A stretch of 64,000 bases of DNA from contig JAXGPF010000006.1 in assembly GCA_040767085.1 (NCBI GenBank), positions 256,001 through 320,000 of the forward strand, read 5' to 3'. The position numbers were made by a program, and so were the translations under genes. This stretch comes from Kiritimatiellia bacterium. Its GTDB lineage: Bacteria > Verrucomicrobiota > Kiritimatiellia > JAAZAB01. Numbering within the stretch: position 1 is the first letter of the stretch; each line of letters starts with the position of its first letter. Of the stretch, positions 54,656 to 64,000 are shown one piece after another. Below the pieces are notes generated by a model that saw only the letters and a list, made by a program, of their open reading frames with translations, did no database searches and was not told the DNA's origin.

Positions 54656-56742
54656 TGCAAAATATGCCTTCTTACGCCAAATCATTGCCGCTGGTTTACC
54701 GCGCCGGTTTCACCGCGGTGGAACTGATTATCAGCGCCGCCATCATGGCGCTGGTCATCAGCGGCGCCACCGCCACTTTCATCTACGGGCTGCGCACCTG
54801 GCGCGCCGAAACCATCACCAGCGAGCTGCACCAGGACCTGGAAGAGGCGATGGAGCACATTCGCCACGATTTGCGGCTCTCCAGCGTGGGCGTGGGCCTG
54901 ATGTCCTTTTACCCCACCAACGCCGCCGAATACACCGCCATCAGTTTCCCGCTCTCATCTCCCGCCGGGGACAACCTCCTGCGGCGCGATTTGAACACCA
55001 ACAGTCCGAATTACGGACGCATCATCTGGGATCAAACAGTGATTTACCATGTCCGGCCCGGGACCCCCGACGAGCTGCTGCGGACGGTTTTCACGCCGCG
55101 GAACAGCAATGCCGCGCCGCACGATTTTTACACTCAATTGCAGAAAGTGGCCCTCAGCACCAATTTCGCCGGCGTGCAGGCTGCCGGCCTGGCGGGAGAG
55201 AGCGCCAGCAGCCGGGTAGTGTTCCGGAACCTGGTGAGCCTGCGCATCCGTCCCCCGGAATTGCTGTTTGACGGCTACGCTCCCGCCTACCAGCGCGCGC
55301 GGAACTTGAACTGGGGCAGTGTCGTTCTGGGCGGCGGGCACAACATTTTAACCTTCACCGTGGTGAACAAAAACACCAACAGCACCGGTTACAAGGTCGG
55401 CATTGACTGGTTTTCGCTCAGTCCCAGCGCCAGCCGGCGCGAAGGCGAAATTTTCCTGCCAAACGACAGCCACCCGGCGGCGCCTTATTTCCAGCACACG
55501 CTCAGCGGCGGATCGGTTTCGGCCCAGGACATGTCCGCGCACGGCGCCGGCTGGAGCGGCAACTGCCAGTTGACCTATGACGCCGGCGCCGCCGGCAATT
55601 CCATCGCCTTCAAGGTCTTCAACGACCTCTGGTGCGACTCCCAGTTCGATGCCCCGCCAGGCATCCTGGCCAGCAATCTCAGCCGGAAGTGCGACACCAA
55701 CTTCCTGGCCCAGCCGCCCAATATCACAGACTTTGTCATGGACATGGATAAAGGCGTTGCATGGATGGCCGATTACTGCGCGGTAGCCAACCCCGGCGGC
55801 ATCTCCCTTGCAGCCGATGCGCCGGTGGTCAATATCATTTATGGCGGCAGCAGCAACATACCGGGCAACATCATTTACAACGGCGCCCGCGCCCGCCTGA
55901 ATTTTCAGGCTTCCACCAACGGCCAGCTTTTCATCGAAAACGTGCAGATCATGCAACAGGCATCCGGAATCACCCCGGTGTCCGGCAGCGCCAGGGCGGT
56001 AACCTTCGGCGGCAACTCCTCCACCCATGTCAACCTGGGCGGATCGGCCTGGAGCGATTGGGTGGACTTTGCGGTGGACCGCAACATTTCCTGCCTGGTC
56101 AGTTTCACCCTGAAAACGGAGGCATCGACGCTGGCCAACGCCAAGACCTGGCCGGCCGCCTCGGCGACGCCGCCCATGTCGTACCTGAATGGCACGCCGC
56201 ACCACGAGATCATCGGGCTGGGCGCCATCGAAGTTTCGTATCCCTCCAACGCCGTTTACCTCTCCGGCATTTTTGACACCCGCCTGGCAAATCCATCCTA
56301 CCGCCGGCTGAACTGGACTGAAGCCACCCCTTGGGGGACCGACATTGACATCCGCCTGCGCTCGGGCGACCAGCGCGACTTGAGCGATGCCTGCGCCTGG
56401 GAACCGTATTCCTACTTCCAAGGCTACCAAGATAATTACATCGGCGGCATTGCTGGCGGACGGTACGTCCAATACGAAGCTTTGTTCCGCTCGTCATCCC
56501 CGTACCAGACCACGCCCAAACTGCGCGATACCACCATCACCTGGCATGGGGCCACGGGCCTGGTGGACCTGGTGGTCGGGTTCGCCCGCGGACCGGACTA
56601 CGGGATCGTCAAGGCCGAGGTCAACGGCCAGCAGTTCATCAAGGGGATCGAGGTGGAAATGGAGATTTTCAAAACCGGTCCGTTCGGCACTAACCGCGTG
56701 GCCGGCCTGATGGAAGTCCGTCCGTTGAACACCGGGAAATAA
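54655..56742 (+). CDS. Large PilW-like minor pilin with extended beta-rich domains, cassette 2
   Basis: RAG|FTAVE, EEAMEHIRHDLR, C-terminal EVRPLN; TGATG overlap. Confidence 0.8.
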   Translation: MQNMPSYAKSLPLVYRAGFTAVELIISAAIMALVISGATATFIYGLRTWRAETITSELHQDLEEAMEHIRHDLRLSSVGVGLMSFYPTNAAEYTAISFPLSSPAGDNLLRRDLNTNSPNYGRIIWDQTVIYHVRPGTPDELLRTVFTPRNSNAAPHDFYTQLQKVALSTNFAGVQAAGLAGESASSRVVFRNLVSLRIRPPELLFDGYAPAYQRARNLNWGSVVLGGGHNILTFTVVNKNTNSTGYKVGIDWFSLSPSASRREGEIFLPNDSHPAAPYFQHTLSGGSVSAQDMSAHGAGWSGNCQLTYDAGAAGNSIAFKVFNDLWCDSQFDAPPGILASNLSRKCDTNFLAQPPNITDFVMDMDKGVAWMADYCAVANPGGISLAADAPVVNIIYGGSSNIPGNIIYNGARARLNFQASTNGQLFIENVQIMQQASGITPVSGSARAVTFGGNSSTHVNLGGSAWSDWVDFAVDRNISCLVSFTLKTEASTLANAKTWPAASATPPMSYLNGTPHHEIIGLGAIEVSYPSNAVYLSGIFDTRLANPSYRRLNWTEATPWGTDIDIRLRSGDQRDLSDACAWEPYSYFQGYQDNYIGGIAGGRYVQYEALFRSSSPYQTTPKLRDTTITWHGATGLVDLVVGFARGPDYGIVKAEVNGQQFIKGIEVEMEIFKTGPFGTNRVAGLMEVRPLNTGK

Positions 56743-56860
56743 CGCAAGAGGCAAAGAACCAAAGGAACAAAGCCGTGTGGCGCCAAGCCGGCGGCGCGGC
56801 CCTGATCATCCGTGCCTTCGAAACCTGGCAAAGCAGCGCCGCGCCAGGGGAGGAACAGCC

Positions 56861-57961
56861 ATGTTTAACAACACTTTATCGCGCAGCCGCGCCGGCCGCC
56901 GCGGCTCGGCGCTGGTGACCGTGATGTGCGTATCGGCGGTGCTGCTGCTGGCCAGCATGGTCATGGCTTACATGACCCGGCAGGCGCTGGCGCGGGCGCA
57001 GCGGATCAACACCGGCGCACGGGCCCTGGCCGTCGCGGAAGCCGGCATTGCCGACATGGTTGCGCTGCTGAGCACCAACTACCTCATGTGGCGCAACACC
57101 AACCACAGCGCCCAGTTCGGCGGCGGCGTCTACACGGTGAACAGCCAGACTCAATCCAACGGCAATGTGCTGCTGGTCAGCACCGGCGTGGTCGGCAGCG
57201 TCGCCCGTTCCACGATTATGGAACTGCTAGGCACTTACCAGGATTGGAACGATTCCCTGTTCCGCCTGGACGGCGTGATTCTTTCCGGCGGCGATGTGCG
57301 TTTTTCCTCGGCCGCTTACGCAATCAACGGCAACGTGCATGCCAATGGCAGCGTGCTGGCCAGCGGCGGCGCGAAAAACGGCGATTTCATCAGCAATGCG
57401 GTCGTCACGGCCGTGGGTTCCGTCGCAAACTTGAATAATGTTGACGCCGACAACCTTATCGGGGGCGAACCTAACCGGGTGCTGCCGGCCTTCGACTTCG
57501 ACAGTTACCGCCAGATGGCTCTCTCCAACGGCCTGTATTACAGCAATTCCATGACCTTCAACGGCTGGGACGCCCGACCCTCCAACGGGGTGGTCTACGT
57601 CAACGGCGATGTGGTGATCGCCAATCACAGTTCTTTAGTAGGCACGCTCGTGGCCAACGGCAACATCCAGGTGCAGAATAATTTCACTCAGACCAACTTC
57701 CCGGGGCAGACCAACTGGCCGGCCTTGCTGAGCACCGGCAACGTCACGCTGCAAAACAAGGAAACTTACCATGGCATCATCTATGCCGCCTTGAATGTCA
57801 GCATCCAGAACAACATCACCTGCAATGGCGGTATTATCAGCGGCGGTTACACCGAAATTCAGAACCACGGCACGATGAACCAGCCCCCCGGCTACCCCCC
57901 CTGGGATCCGCTTAATCCCTCCGTGCCGCCGGAAGTGATCGTCGGCGGCTGGCTGAAGTAA
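56861..57961 (+). CDS. PilX-like minor pilin with beta-helix C-terminus, cassette 2
   Basis: RRG|SALVTV without E5, ALAVAEAGI, GNVHANG, C-terminal GGW; GAGGA RBS. Confidence 0.8.
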   Translation: MFNNTLSRSRAGRRGSALVTVMCVSAVLLLASMVMAYMTRQALARAQRINTGARALAVAEAGIADMVALLSTNYLMWRNTNHSAQFGGGVYTVNSQTQSNGNVLLVSTGVVGSVARSTIMELLGTYQDWNDSLFRLDGVILSGGDVRFSSAAYAINGNVHANGSVLASGGAKNGDFISNAVVTAVGSVANLNNVDADNLIGGEPNRVLPAFDFDSYRQMALSNGLYYSNSMTFNGWDARPSNGVVYVNGDVVIANHSSLVGTLVANGNIQVQNNFTQTNFPGQTNWPALLSTGNVTLQNKETYHGIIYAALNVSIQNNITCNGGIISGGYTEIQNHGTMNQPPGYPPWDPLNPSVPPEVIVGGWLK

Positions 57962-57992
57962 ACGGGCGCGCCATGCTGCGCCCAAAATACTT

Positions 57993-58940
57993 TTAATTAA
58001 TGATATCCGCTGGGAGTCCGGCGGATGCCAGCCGGGCATACCCCGCGCGGGTAAGTTTCCGGATCAGGCATCGGCATTTATGCGTTATGCCGGCCGCCTC
58101 GATTTTAGCGCGCAACCTGGAACAAGCCGGCGTTTTTCCCAAATGCACTCCCGCCTGTTCGAGCAGCATCAGATATGGCAGCGTGATATGCAAATGCGGA
58201 TTGGGCGGGGCGCCGGGCGCGAAATCGTCCAAGTCATCGCGTATCTGATAGGCCTGCCCCAACCACCGGCCGGCATCGGCAAGCATGGATAATACGATTT
58301 CCGGCTTGTCGGCCAAGACGGCGGCCGCCTGCAAGGGGCAGGCGAAACTGTAACTGGCGGTTTTAGCGGCAAACAGCCGCAGCGCCCGGCCGGCATTCAG
58401 CCGGCACAAGCCGGCAGCCGCGCATAATTCCGCCGCCTGCCCCAACGCCGCGGTTTCGGCGGCGCCGGCAACCAGCCGCATAATGCGGATGCTTTTCCGC
58501 GCGGGTATCGGCAGTTCGGCCACCAGGCGCATGGCATGCGCAAACAGCCAGTCGCCGGCAGCCAAGGCCATATCCGTTCCGGTCAGGGCCGTGTTATGCA
58601 GCAGGGCGTTGAAACGGCAATGCGCGGCAGGCGCGCCGCGCCGGTAACATGCGCGATCCACTATGTCGTCATGGATCACGGCAAATTGGTGAAGCAATTC
58701 CAACGCCACCGCCAACTGCCGGCAGGCAGTGTCAACCGGACGGCCATAGGCGTGGACCGCGGCCAGAAACAGACGCGGCCGCATGCGCTTCCCGCCGCGG
58801 CAGATATAATCGGCCAGCACCCGCCGTACCTTTTCCGGAAGCGCCGGACCGCCCGGGCCGGCGCGCGGAATCCTGTCCAGATGGGCTCGCAACTGGTTTT
58901 CAAAATCGCTGTTATTTCCCATTCTGTCCTTTTTGCGCAT
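57993..58940 (-). CDS. Polyprenyl diphosphate synthase
   Basis: GGKRMRP, ELLH..IHDDIVD..RRG (FARM), GQ, KT, YQIRDDLDD (SARM); TGATG overlap. Confidence 0.88.
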   Translation of the reverse strand: MRKKDRMGNNSDFENQLRAHLDRIPRAGPGGPALPEKVRRVLADYICRGGKRMRPRLFLAAVHAYGRPVDTACRQLAVALELLHQFAVIHDDIVDRACYRRGAPAAHCRFNALLHNTALTGTDMALAAGDWLFAHAMRLVAELPIPARKSIRIMRLVAGAAETAALGQAAELCAAAGLCRLNAGRALRLFAAKTASYSFACPLQAAAVLADKPEIVLSMLADAGRWLGQAYQIRDDLDDFAPGAPPNPHLHITLPYLMLLEQAGVHLGKTPACSRLRAKIEAAGITHKCRCLIRKLTRAGYARLASAGLPADIIN

Positions 58941-59821
58941 CAACGGGGCGCCGCCAATCCAGCCGCCAGCAGCAATCCAAACACCATCAACCCGCGGGCG
59001 GCATGAATGTCTATGTCCGCCGGTATTTTTTCCGCAAAAGACATGCGCGCCGGCCGCCACAGGAAGGGCAAGGCGGCCAGCGGAAAAAACACGCCGGGCA
59101 TGTCAATGCCGCCAACCCCGTAAAGCGGCGCCAGCGCCAGAAAGGCGGACGCCACCAGGAACGCATAACCGAACGGCGCCGCCCGGCCCAGGTGTTGGGC
59201 CATGGTCCGGCAGCCGGCGTCGGCATCGCGGCGGCAATCGCGCAGATTGTTGGCATATAGCAGGGCGGCGGCCATGAATCCGGCCGGCATGCCGCACCAC
59301 CAGGCGGAGGCAGTCAGACGCGCGGTCAGGCCATAAAACACGGCGGCGGTCAGCCATGGCCCCGTCAGCGCGAACACCAGCAGCTCGCCGCTGGCGCGGT
59401 ATTTGAGTTTAAGCGGCGGCGCGGTATAAAAGAATCCGCCGGCCAGGCCGATTGCTCCGAATCCCCACAGCCAGGCGCCGCGGGCGATCAGCGCCGGCAA
59501 GGCCACCACTGGAGCCGCCAGCAGCAGGATTACACCCAGCCGCAGCGCCTGGCGCGGACGAAGCAATTGTTCGGCCAACGCCCAGGTGGAAGGCGCCGCA
59601 CCCGGCTGGTCCAGGCCGGTGCGGAAATCGTAATAGTCGTTGATTACATTCGTGCCGCCATGCAGCGCCAGCAATGCCAGCAACAGCAAGGGCAGGTATT
59701 GCCAGTCCGCCGGCATGTCTGACCGGGCGGCCAGGATGGCCGCCTGCAATCCCGGCAGCGCCGCCACCGGGAAGGCATAGGCTCTCAGAATCAGCAGCCA
59801 TTTGCGGATGCGGGACATCAT
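58940..59821 (-). CDS. MenA-like (UbiA family) prenyltransferase
   Basis: NVINDYYDFRTGLD, YTAPPLKLKY..GE, LYANNLRD..D..G.RT. Confidence 0.88.
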   Translation of the reverse strand: MMSRIRKWLLILRAYAFPVAALPGLQAAILAARSDMPADWQYLPLLLLALLALHGGTNVINDYYDFRTGLDQPGAAPSTWALAEQLLRPRQALRLGVILLLAAPVVALPALIARGAWLWGFGAIGLAGGFFYTAPPLKLKYRASGELLVFALTGPWLTAAVFYGLTARLTASAWWCGMPAGFMAAALLYANNLRDCRRDADAGCRTMAQHLGRAAPFGYAFLVASAFLALAPLYGVGGIDMPGVFFPLAALPFLWRPARMSFAEKIPADIDIHAARGLMVFGLLLAAGLAAPR

Positions 59822-60255
59822 CCCTTCTTGCGGCCGGCAATCAAAACATCCAACGACCACCGGCCGCCACCCTTCAACATGAACAGCAATGCCGGAAAAA
59901 GATACAACAACGCCATTTCCCGGCCGGCAAACGGGGCGCCGGCATGCGCCACGAAGGCGGCCACCGCCATGGTAACAACAATCAGGAACGATGCCGGAAC
60001 CGTGCAGGCGCCCAACATCAGCAGGATGCCGCCAATGCCTTCGGCGGCGGCGGCCATGAATCCCCAGAACTCCGGCGCGCCGGGCATGCCTGTGCCGCTC
60101 ATGATGCCGCCCACCCCGCGCCAGGTTTCAACGCCGCCGGCCAGTTTCGGCAAACCGTGCGTCATCATCCCCGCGCCGATAAAAACGCGCAGCAAAAAAT
60201 ACCCCGCATCGCCGCCCGCTCCGCCTAACCACGTCCCCATCAGTATTTTTTTCAT
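59818..60255 (-). CDS. DoxX family membrane protein
   Basis: LLRVFIG..HG.PKL, AE..GG..L.LG, H, E, GGGRWSLD. Confidence 0.9.
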   Translation of the reverse strand: MKKILMGTWLGGAGGDAGYFLLRVFIGAGMMTHGLPKLAGGVETWRGVGGIMSGTGMPGAPEFWGFMAAAAEGIGGILLMLGACTVPASFLIVVTMAVAAFVAHAGAPFAGREMALLYLFPALLFMLKGGGRWSLDVLIAGRKKG

Positions 60256-60274
60256 CCTCTCCTCCTGTTCCTGG

Positions 60275-61444
60275 TTACACCGCTGGCCCCGCACCGCGCC
60301 AGCCGCGCGGCGCCAGCGCATGTTTGGCAAAGAACATAAAATTTAAAAAGCTGAAATTGCGCAAGCCGCACATAAAATAATGCAAACGCAAGCCCGTACG
60401 CCCGCATAGCGGGAGCGCGTCAAAGGCCCGGCCCACGCTGTCATCCGCCAGCGGTATCACCCACCCCAAATCCAAGGGATAAAAACGACGGGGCGGTTGG
60501 CCGGCAAGGGCGCGGGCAATATTGGCGCCGGCGCGCGCGCCGGCGTAGATGGAGAAATTCACCGCCTTGCGCAAATAACCCTTCCGGTCTTGCACCGCCG
60601 CCGCATCGCCGGCAAAAAAAACGGCGGGGTAGCCCGGCGCCGCCAGAAACTCATTCACAATGACCCGCCCGTCCGGCAGGCGTTTGATCCGCCCCTTGAT
60701 CCGGTTGATGGCGGCGGTCGTGCCTTCCGTGCGACACAGGAAGACATCCGCAAAATTTCTGCCCGACGCCAGGTGCGCGCTTTTTCCGTCGTATAATGTA
60801 ATTCTGTCGTTAACCAATAAATCGAAATCATTGCGCGTCAGCCAGCGTTGCACGCGCGCCGCCTGGCCCGCAGAGAGAAACGGCAAGATTGATGCATTGC
60901 GTTCCACCAGCGTGAACCGACAGGTTTTGTGCGCGCGGCGCGCAGTATCCGCAAGATTGGCGGCCAGTTCCAAAGCTGTATAGCCCGCGCCATGGAACAG
61001 GCAATGCGGCGTTGATGCGCGGGCAAGATACCGGGGGAATTCGCATCGAATCCGCTCGGCTTCCTCAATGTCCGCCATGGGAAATGTGGGCCCGCTGAAT
61101 TGCGCCGGGTCGCCTGGACGGCTGACCGACCCGGCGGCGCAAATCAGATAATCATAAGCAATTTTCCCCGCCGGCGTGTCCACCGTGCGCGCATCAAGGT
61201 CCACCGCTTCAGCCGCAGTCTGCCGCAGATCAATCCCGGCCGGCAAACGCCGTTCCAGCCGGCCTTCAAGCCGGCGCCGATCCAAGCGCCCGGCGGCATA
61301 TTCGGGCAGCAAAGGCAGCATGACGGATTGGCCGCGCGGGTCCAGCAGAATAACCCGGCATTGCCGCCGCCGCTGGGCGCGGCGTAAAGCGTGCGCCGCC
61401 GCCACGCCGGCAAAGCCGCCGCCGAGTATCAAGACCAACGGCAT
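60275..61444 (-). CDS. Type II NADH:quinone oxidoreductase-like FAD-dependent oxidoreductase
   Basis: LILGGGFAG, YDYLICAAGS, GAGYTALELA, GRVIVNEFL..P.VFFAGDAA; start may be up to 61492. Confidence 0.8.
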   Translation of the reverse strand: MPLVLILGGGFAGVAAAHALRRAQRRRQCRVILLDPRGQSVMLPLLPEYAAGRLDRRRLEGRLERRLPAGIDLRQTAAEAVDLDARTVDTPAGKIAYDYLICAAGSVSRPGDPAQFSGPTFPMADIEEAERIRCEFPRYLARASTPHCLFHGAGYTALELAANLADTARRAHKTCRFTLVERNASILPFLSAGQAARVQRWLTRNDFDLLVNDRITLYDGKSAHLASGRNFADVFLCRTEGTTAAINRIKGRIKRLPDGRVIVNEFLAAPGYPAVFFAGDAAAVQDRKGYLRKAVNFSIYAGARAGANIARALAGQPPRRFYPLDLGWVIPLADDSVGRAFDALPLCGRTGLRLHYFMCGLRNFSFLNFMFFAKHALAPRGWRGAGPAV

Positions 61445-61581
61445 CAGTTTCACTCCGGGTTGCATCCATCTCGCCCAAACGCTCATCAGCATTTACATGC
61501 ACCATGGCCGGAATTTACTACATTAAACTACAGCAACTGCTCAAAATAACAAGAAAAATCCGAGACCCGCTGCCGCGAGGA

Positions 61582-61625
61582 CTGCGTCATTCTCGGGAAA
61601 GACGGCTCGGTTGGAGATCACGCCC
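61582..61625 (-). repeat. REP-like dispersed repeat, related to 6119-6195
   Basis: rc GGGCGTGATCTCCAACCGAGCCGTCTTTCCCGAGAATGACGCAG versus GGGCGCGGTCTCC[insert]ACCGCGCCGTCTTTCCCGGGAAGGACGCAG. Confidence 0.6.
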
Positions 61626-61950
61626 ATAACCCGCCCGCGCCAGGTTGCGGCGCTACGGGCAGCAATCCGGATTCGTGTTTCGTCAAAACCACCATAATCC
61701 AGACATTCCGAACCAAAATCCTGATGACGGGAATGCAATCTTCGTCTATACTGAACGGCATGCAAACAGGAATCCATGCCTGCCTCAAAGGCCTGGCGCT
61801 GGAATGAAAGACCGCCCGCGGCCTGAGCCGATGCGTCGGCGGGGTTATGATATCTATATGGTTGCCCTTCTGTAAACTGATGTTAAAATATTGACCATGA
61901 TCAAAGCCGCTCCAGGCAATTTTACCGGCGCCGGGCGTGCCGGTGATTCC

Positions 61951-62805
61951 ATGCGCAATAATAGTTTATGGCGCTTAACCCGCCGCCGCGCCCGTTGCCC
62001 GGGCAGAAAAAGCGCCAATCATTTGTCCGCCGTATTTATCGCCTTGACCAGCCTCGCGCTGAATCTGGCCGCCGTCAATGTCGGCCTCGTGGACGCCGGC
62101 GGGGCCGGCAGCGACCTGGACCTGCTGGCGGCAACCATCCAGGGGCTCGGGCATCAGTCCGAAAAACTGCCTGAATCCGACCTCCCGCGCCCCACGGGCT
62201 TGCTGCATTACAACTGCATCATACTGGCGCATCGCAGCGGGCCGCTCACCGCCGCGGGCTACCAGGCGCTTGCCGGATACGTCAATGATGGCGGAACGCT
62301 GTTACTTACCGGCCTGGCCGGCTACTGGATGAAAACTCCCGGCGGCGACCGGGATCGGGCTCAAATTCGCGGCGCGGGCCCGTTAAAAGACGTCGCCGGC
62401 GTCCGCATCACCGCACCGCATGAAATGCCCATCCGGCAATTGATCGTCCGGGAAAAATCGCCCGCGGTCATGGGACTGCCCGAATCCTTCGCGTTAAAAA
62501 CCACGCCGCCTTACGATATCAATAACCCGGCCGCCTGGAAGCATTGCGGCGCATTCGGCCTCCAGGCCGAGTCCGCCGCGTCCCTGATCATGCTGCAGAC
62601 GATCAACGCGGAGGGCAAGCCGGCGGAAAGCGTATTCCTGACCGTCAACCAGCATGGCGCGGGCCAATGTTACCGGCTGGCATTGTGCCGGATTGCGCCT
62701 TTGGTGCTTGAAAAAAAGGAGCACAACATCACGTTGATTTTGCAGAATATTCTGCGTGATTCGGCAGGCCATCAGCCTTTCGCCCTGAAAGCAACGCCGG
62801 AATAA
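61951..62805 (+). CDS. Secreted protein with class-I GATase-like (beta-galactosidase trimerisation/ThuA-like) domain
   Basis: Signal-like hydrophobic stretch, YNCIIL..LAGYVNDGGTLLLTG, NQHGAGQCY; start uncertain. Confidence 0.5.
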   Translation: MRNNSLWRLTRRRARCPGRKSANHLSAVFIALTSLALNLAAVNVGLVDAGGAGSDLDLLAATIQGLGHQSEKLPESDLPRPTGLLHYNCIILAHRSGPLTAAGYQALAGYVNDGGTLLLTGLAGYWMKTPGGDRDRAQIRGAGPLKDVAGVRITAPHEMPIRQLIVREKSPAVMGLPESFALKTTPPYDINNPAAWKHCGAFGLQAESAASLIMLQTINAEGKPAESVFLTVNQHGAGQCYRLALCRIAPLVLEKKEHNITLILQNILRDSAGHQPFALKATPE

Positions 62806-62911
62806 TTCACCACAAAAGCACGCAAGGAACGCATAGACCTGGTTGTAATTTCTGGAGGGCAAACGCCTTCTCAAGCCTATGTTATGCTTTTATGCGTATT
62901 TTGTGGAGGAA

Positions 62912-64000
62912 ATGATGCATATACGATTTATATTCATGTTCGCCGCTCTGTTTTTCATCCCATACCTCGCGCTCGCCTGGGGCGGGCCGGAGCATTCATC
63001 CATCACCGCCGCCGCGGCCGCCGTATTGGCGCCGGCGGCGCTGGCGTTCCTGGGCGCGGAAACGACGCGCCTGATCAAGGCTTACTGCATCATGCCGGAT
63101 TTCAGCAATGCCGCCTATCACGGCGTCTGCAGCCAAGGCAAAGACGGACAGGCGCGGACGCCGGACCAGCGCCGCGATCTGAATGTGCCATATTATTGCG
63201 ATTACGACAGCCTGACCGGCGCGGGAGAATATTTCGGGCACGGGCCCGCCATCGCCTTTGCCGGCGCCGCTTTGCCCTTGCCGGACGAGCATTCCACGGA
63301 AATGTTCGAAAACAACCGGTTTTGCGAAGCCGCCGTGTATAAATTCCTGAATAGAGCACAGCAAGCATTCCTGCATAACAGTTATTTTGACGCCATCCGG
63401 TTCATGGGCGTTGCCGTGCATTACCTGCAGGATTGCACCCCGCCCCCGCATGTCATGCGCGTGCCCAACAACGACATGGAACTGCACCACGCCATGGAAG
63501 CGATCGAAGACCACAGCCGTATAAACTTATCCGGCTATCAACCGCGGATTCTGGGCGGCACCCCGGAGGCCGCCATGAATGCCGCCCGGTCGTTGGCGAT
63601 AGACATCTCGCTTGAATCGCACCGCCTGGCGGAGGAAATCCTCGCCCTGATCCAGGCCGGCCAACGCCCGGCAGCGGCCTCAAAAACCATTGCAGCCGCA
63701 AATTTGGCCGCCCGCGCCACGGCCGATGTAATCCACACCTTCTGCTCGCTCAACCAGGGCAATATGCCGCAAATTCCGGCCGCCCGCCACGGCGTCAATC
63801 TGCTTTACAATCCGTCGTTCGACCTGGATGCCAACCGCGACCTGCATCCCGACGGCTGGGTGCGCGAGTGGCATGACCTGGCCTGCCCACGGGATATGCA
63901 TCTCTGGGACCGCGTGTCCACCCGCGGCCGGGGCGCATGCGTCCGGCTGTACCGGGTCAGCCCCGCCGGCGCCGCCTGGCGCACCGCGCGCTCGCACGGC
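62912..64000 (+). CDS. Secreted Zn-dependent phospholipase C / S1-P1 nuclease-fold protein with CBM-like C-domain (3' partial)
   Basis: Manual translation: signal peptide ..LALA|WGGPEHSSIT, MPD, HYLQDCTPPPH, LHHAME, then NLLYNPSFD..PDGW; GGAGG RBS; open to the window end. Confidence 0.72.
   Translation, partial: MMHIRFIFMFAALFFIPYLALAWGGPEHSSITAAAAAVLAPAALAFLGAETTRLIKAYCIMPDFSNAAYHGVCSQGKDGQARTPDQRRDLNVPYYCDYDSLTGAGEYFGHGPAIAFAGAALPLPDEHSTEMFENNRFCEAAVYKFLNRAQQAFLHNSYFDAIRFMGVAVHYLQDCTPPPHVMRVPNNDMELHHAMEAIEDHSRINLSGYQPRILGGTPEAAMNAARSLAIDISLESHRLAEEILALIQAGQRPAAASKTIAAANLAARATADVIHTFCSLNQGNMPQIPAARHGVNLLYNPSFDLDANRDLHPDGWVREWHDLACPRDMHLWDRVSTRGRGACVRLYRVSPAGAAWRTARSHG

Noticed and set aside
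60275-61444. Sulfide:quinone oxidoreductase assignment (given the DoxX neighbour)
   Set aside because: I could not identify the SQR catalytic cysteine motifs; the layout fits NDH-2-like proteins better
1-64000. tRNA/rRNA genes, integrase, reverse transcriptase or known defence systems
   Set aside because: No T-loop/cloverleaf, rRNA, tyrosine-recombinase or RT motifs recognised by eye; tRNAscan-SE and DefenseFinder would be the decisive checks

Overview
A GC-rich bacterial chromosomal window. The gene families and repeat styles suggest a PVC-superphylum host, probably Kiritimatiellae/Lentisphaerae-like (inference only). From left to right it contains: (1) a minus-strand mixed operon (Gfo/Idh/MocA, NamZ, PfkB, CobO, stand-alone GMP-synthase ATPPase subunit, CpaB); (2) a DUF4412 gene followed by ~52-bp tandem repeats; (3) two abutting IS1202/ISNCY-type insertion sequences that truncate a secreted beta-helix gene, the second flanked by a 16-bp target duplication that directly touches the end of the first; (4) a ~28-kb catabolic region (M55 peptidase plus a degenerate paralogue, two nitrilase-family paralogues, GH20-like, DUF4838, a 1,400+ aa lyase-like protein, GntR-SBP fusion regulator, deacylases, VapBC, double amidohydrolase, PDC/IpdC-type decarboxylase, GH36-like, AraC); (5) a C1 peptidase, wzt-methyltransferase-gmhA, rplU-rpmA-obgE, a sulfatase maturase and DUF1846; (6) a sigma54/IHF-type promoter ahead of two tandem minor-pilin (PilV/W/X-like) cassettes; (7) a coupled NDH-2-like/DoxX/MenA-like/polyprenyl-synthase operon; and (8) a partial secreted Zn-phospholipase C/S1-P1-fold gene that the ORF track missed. 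Intergenic DNA holds several nested MITE/REP-like palindromic elements. I found no rRNA, tRNA or CRISPR array. All product calls come from motif recognition by eye; no database search was run.
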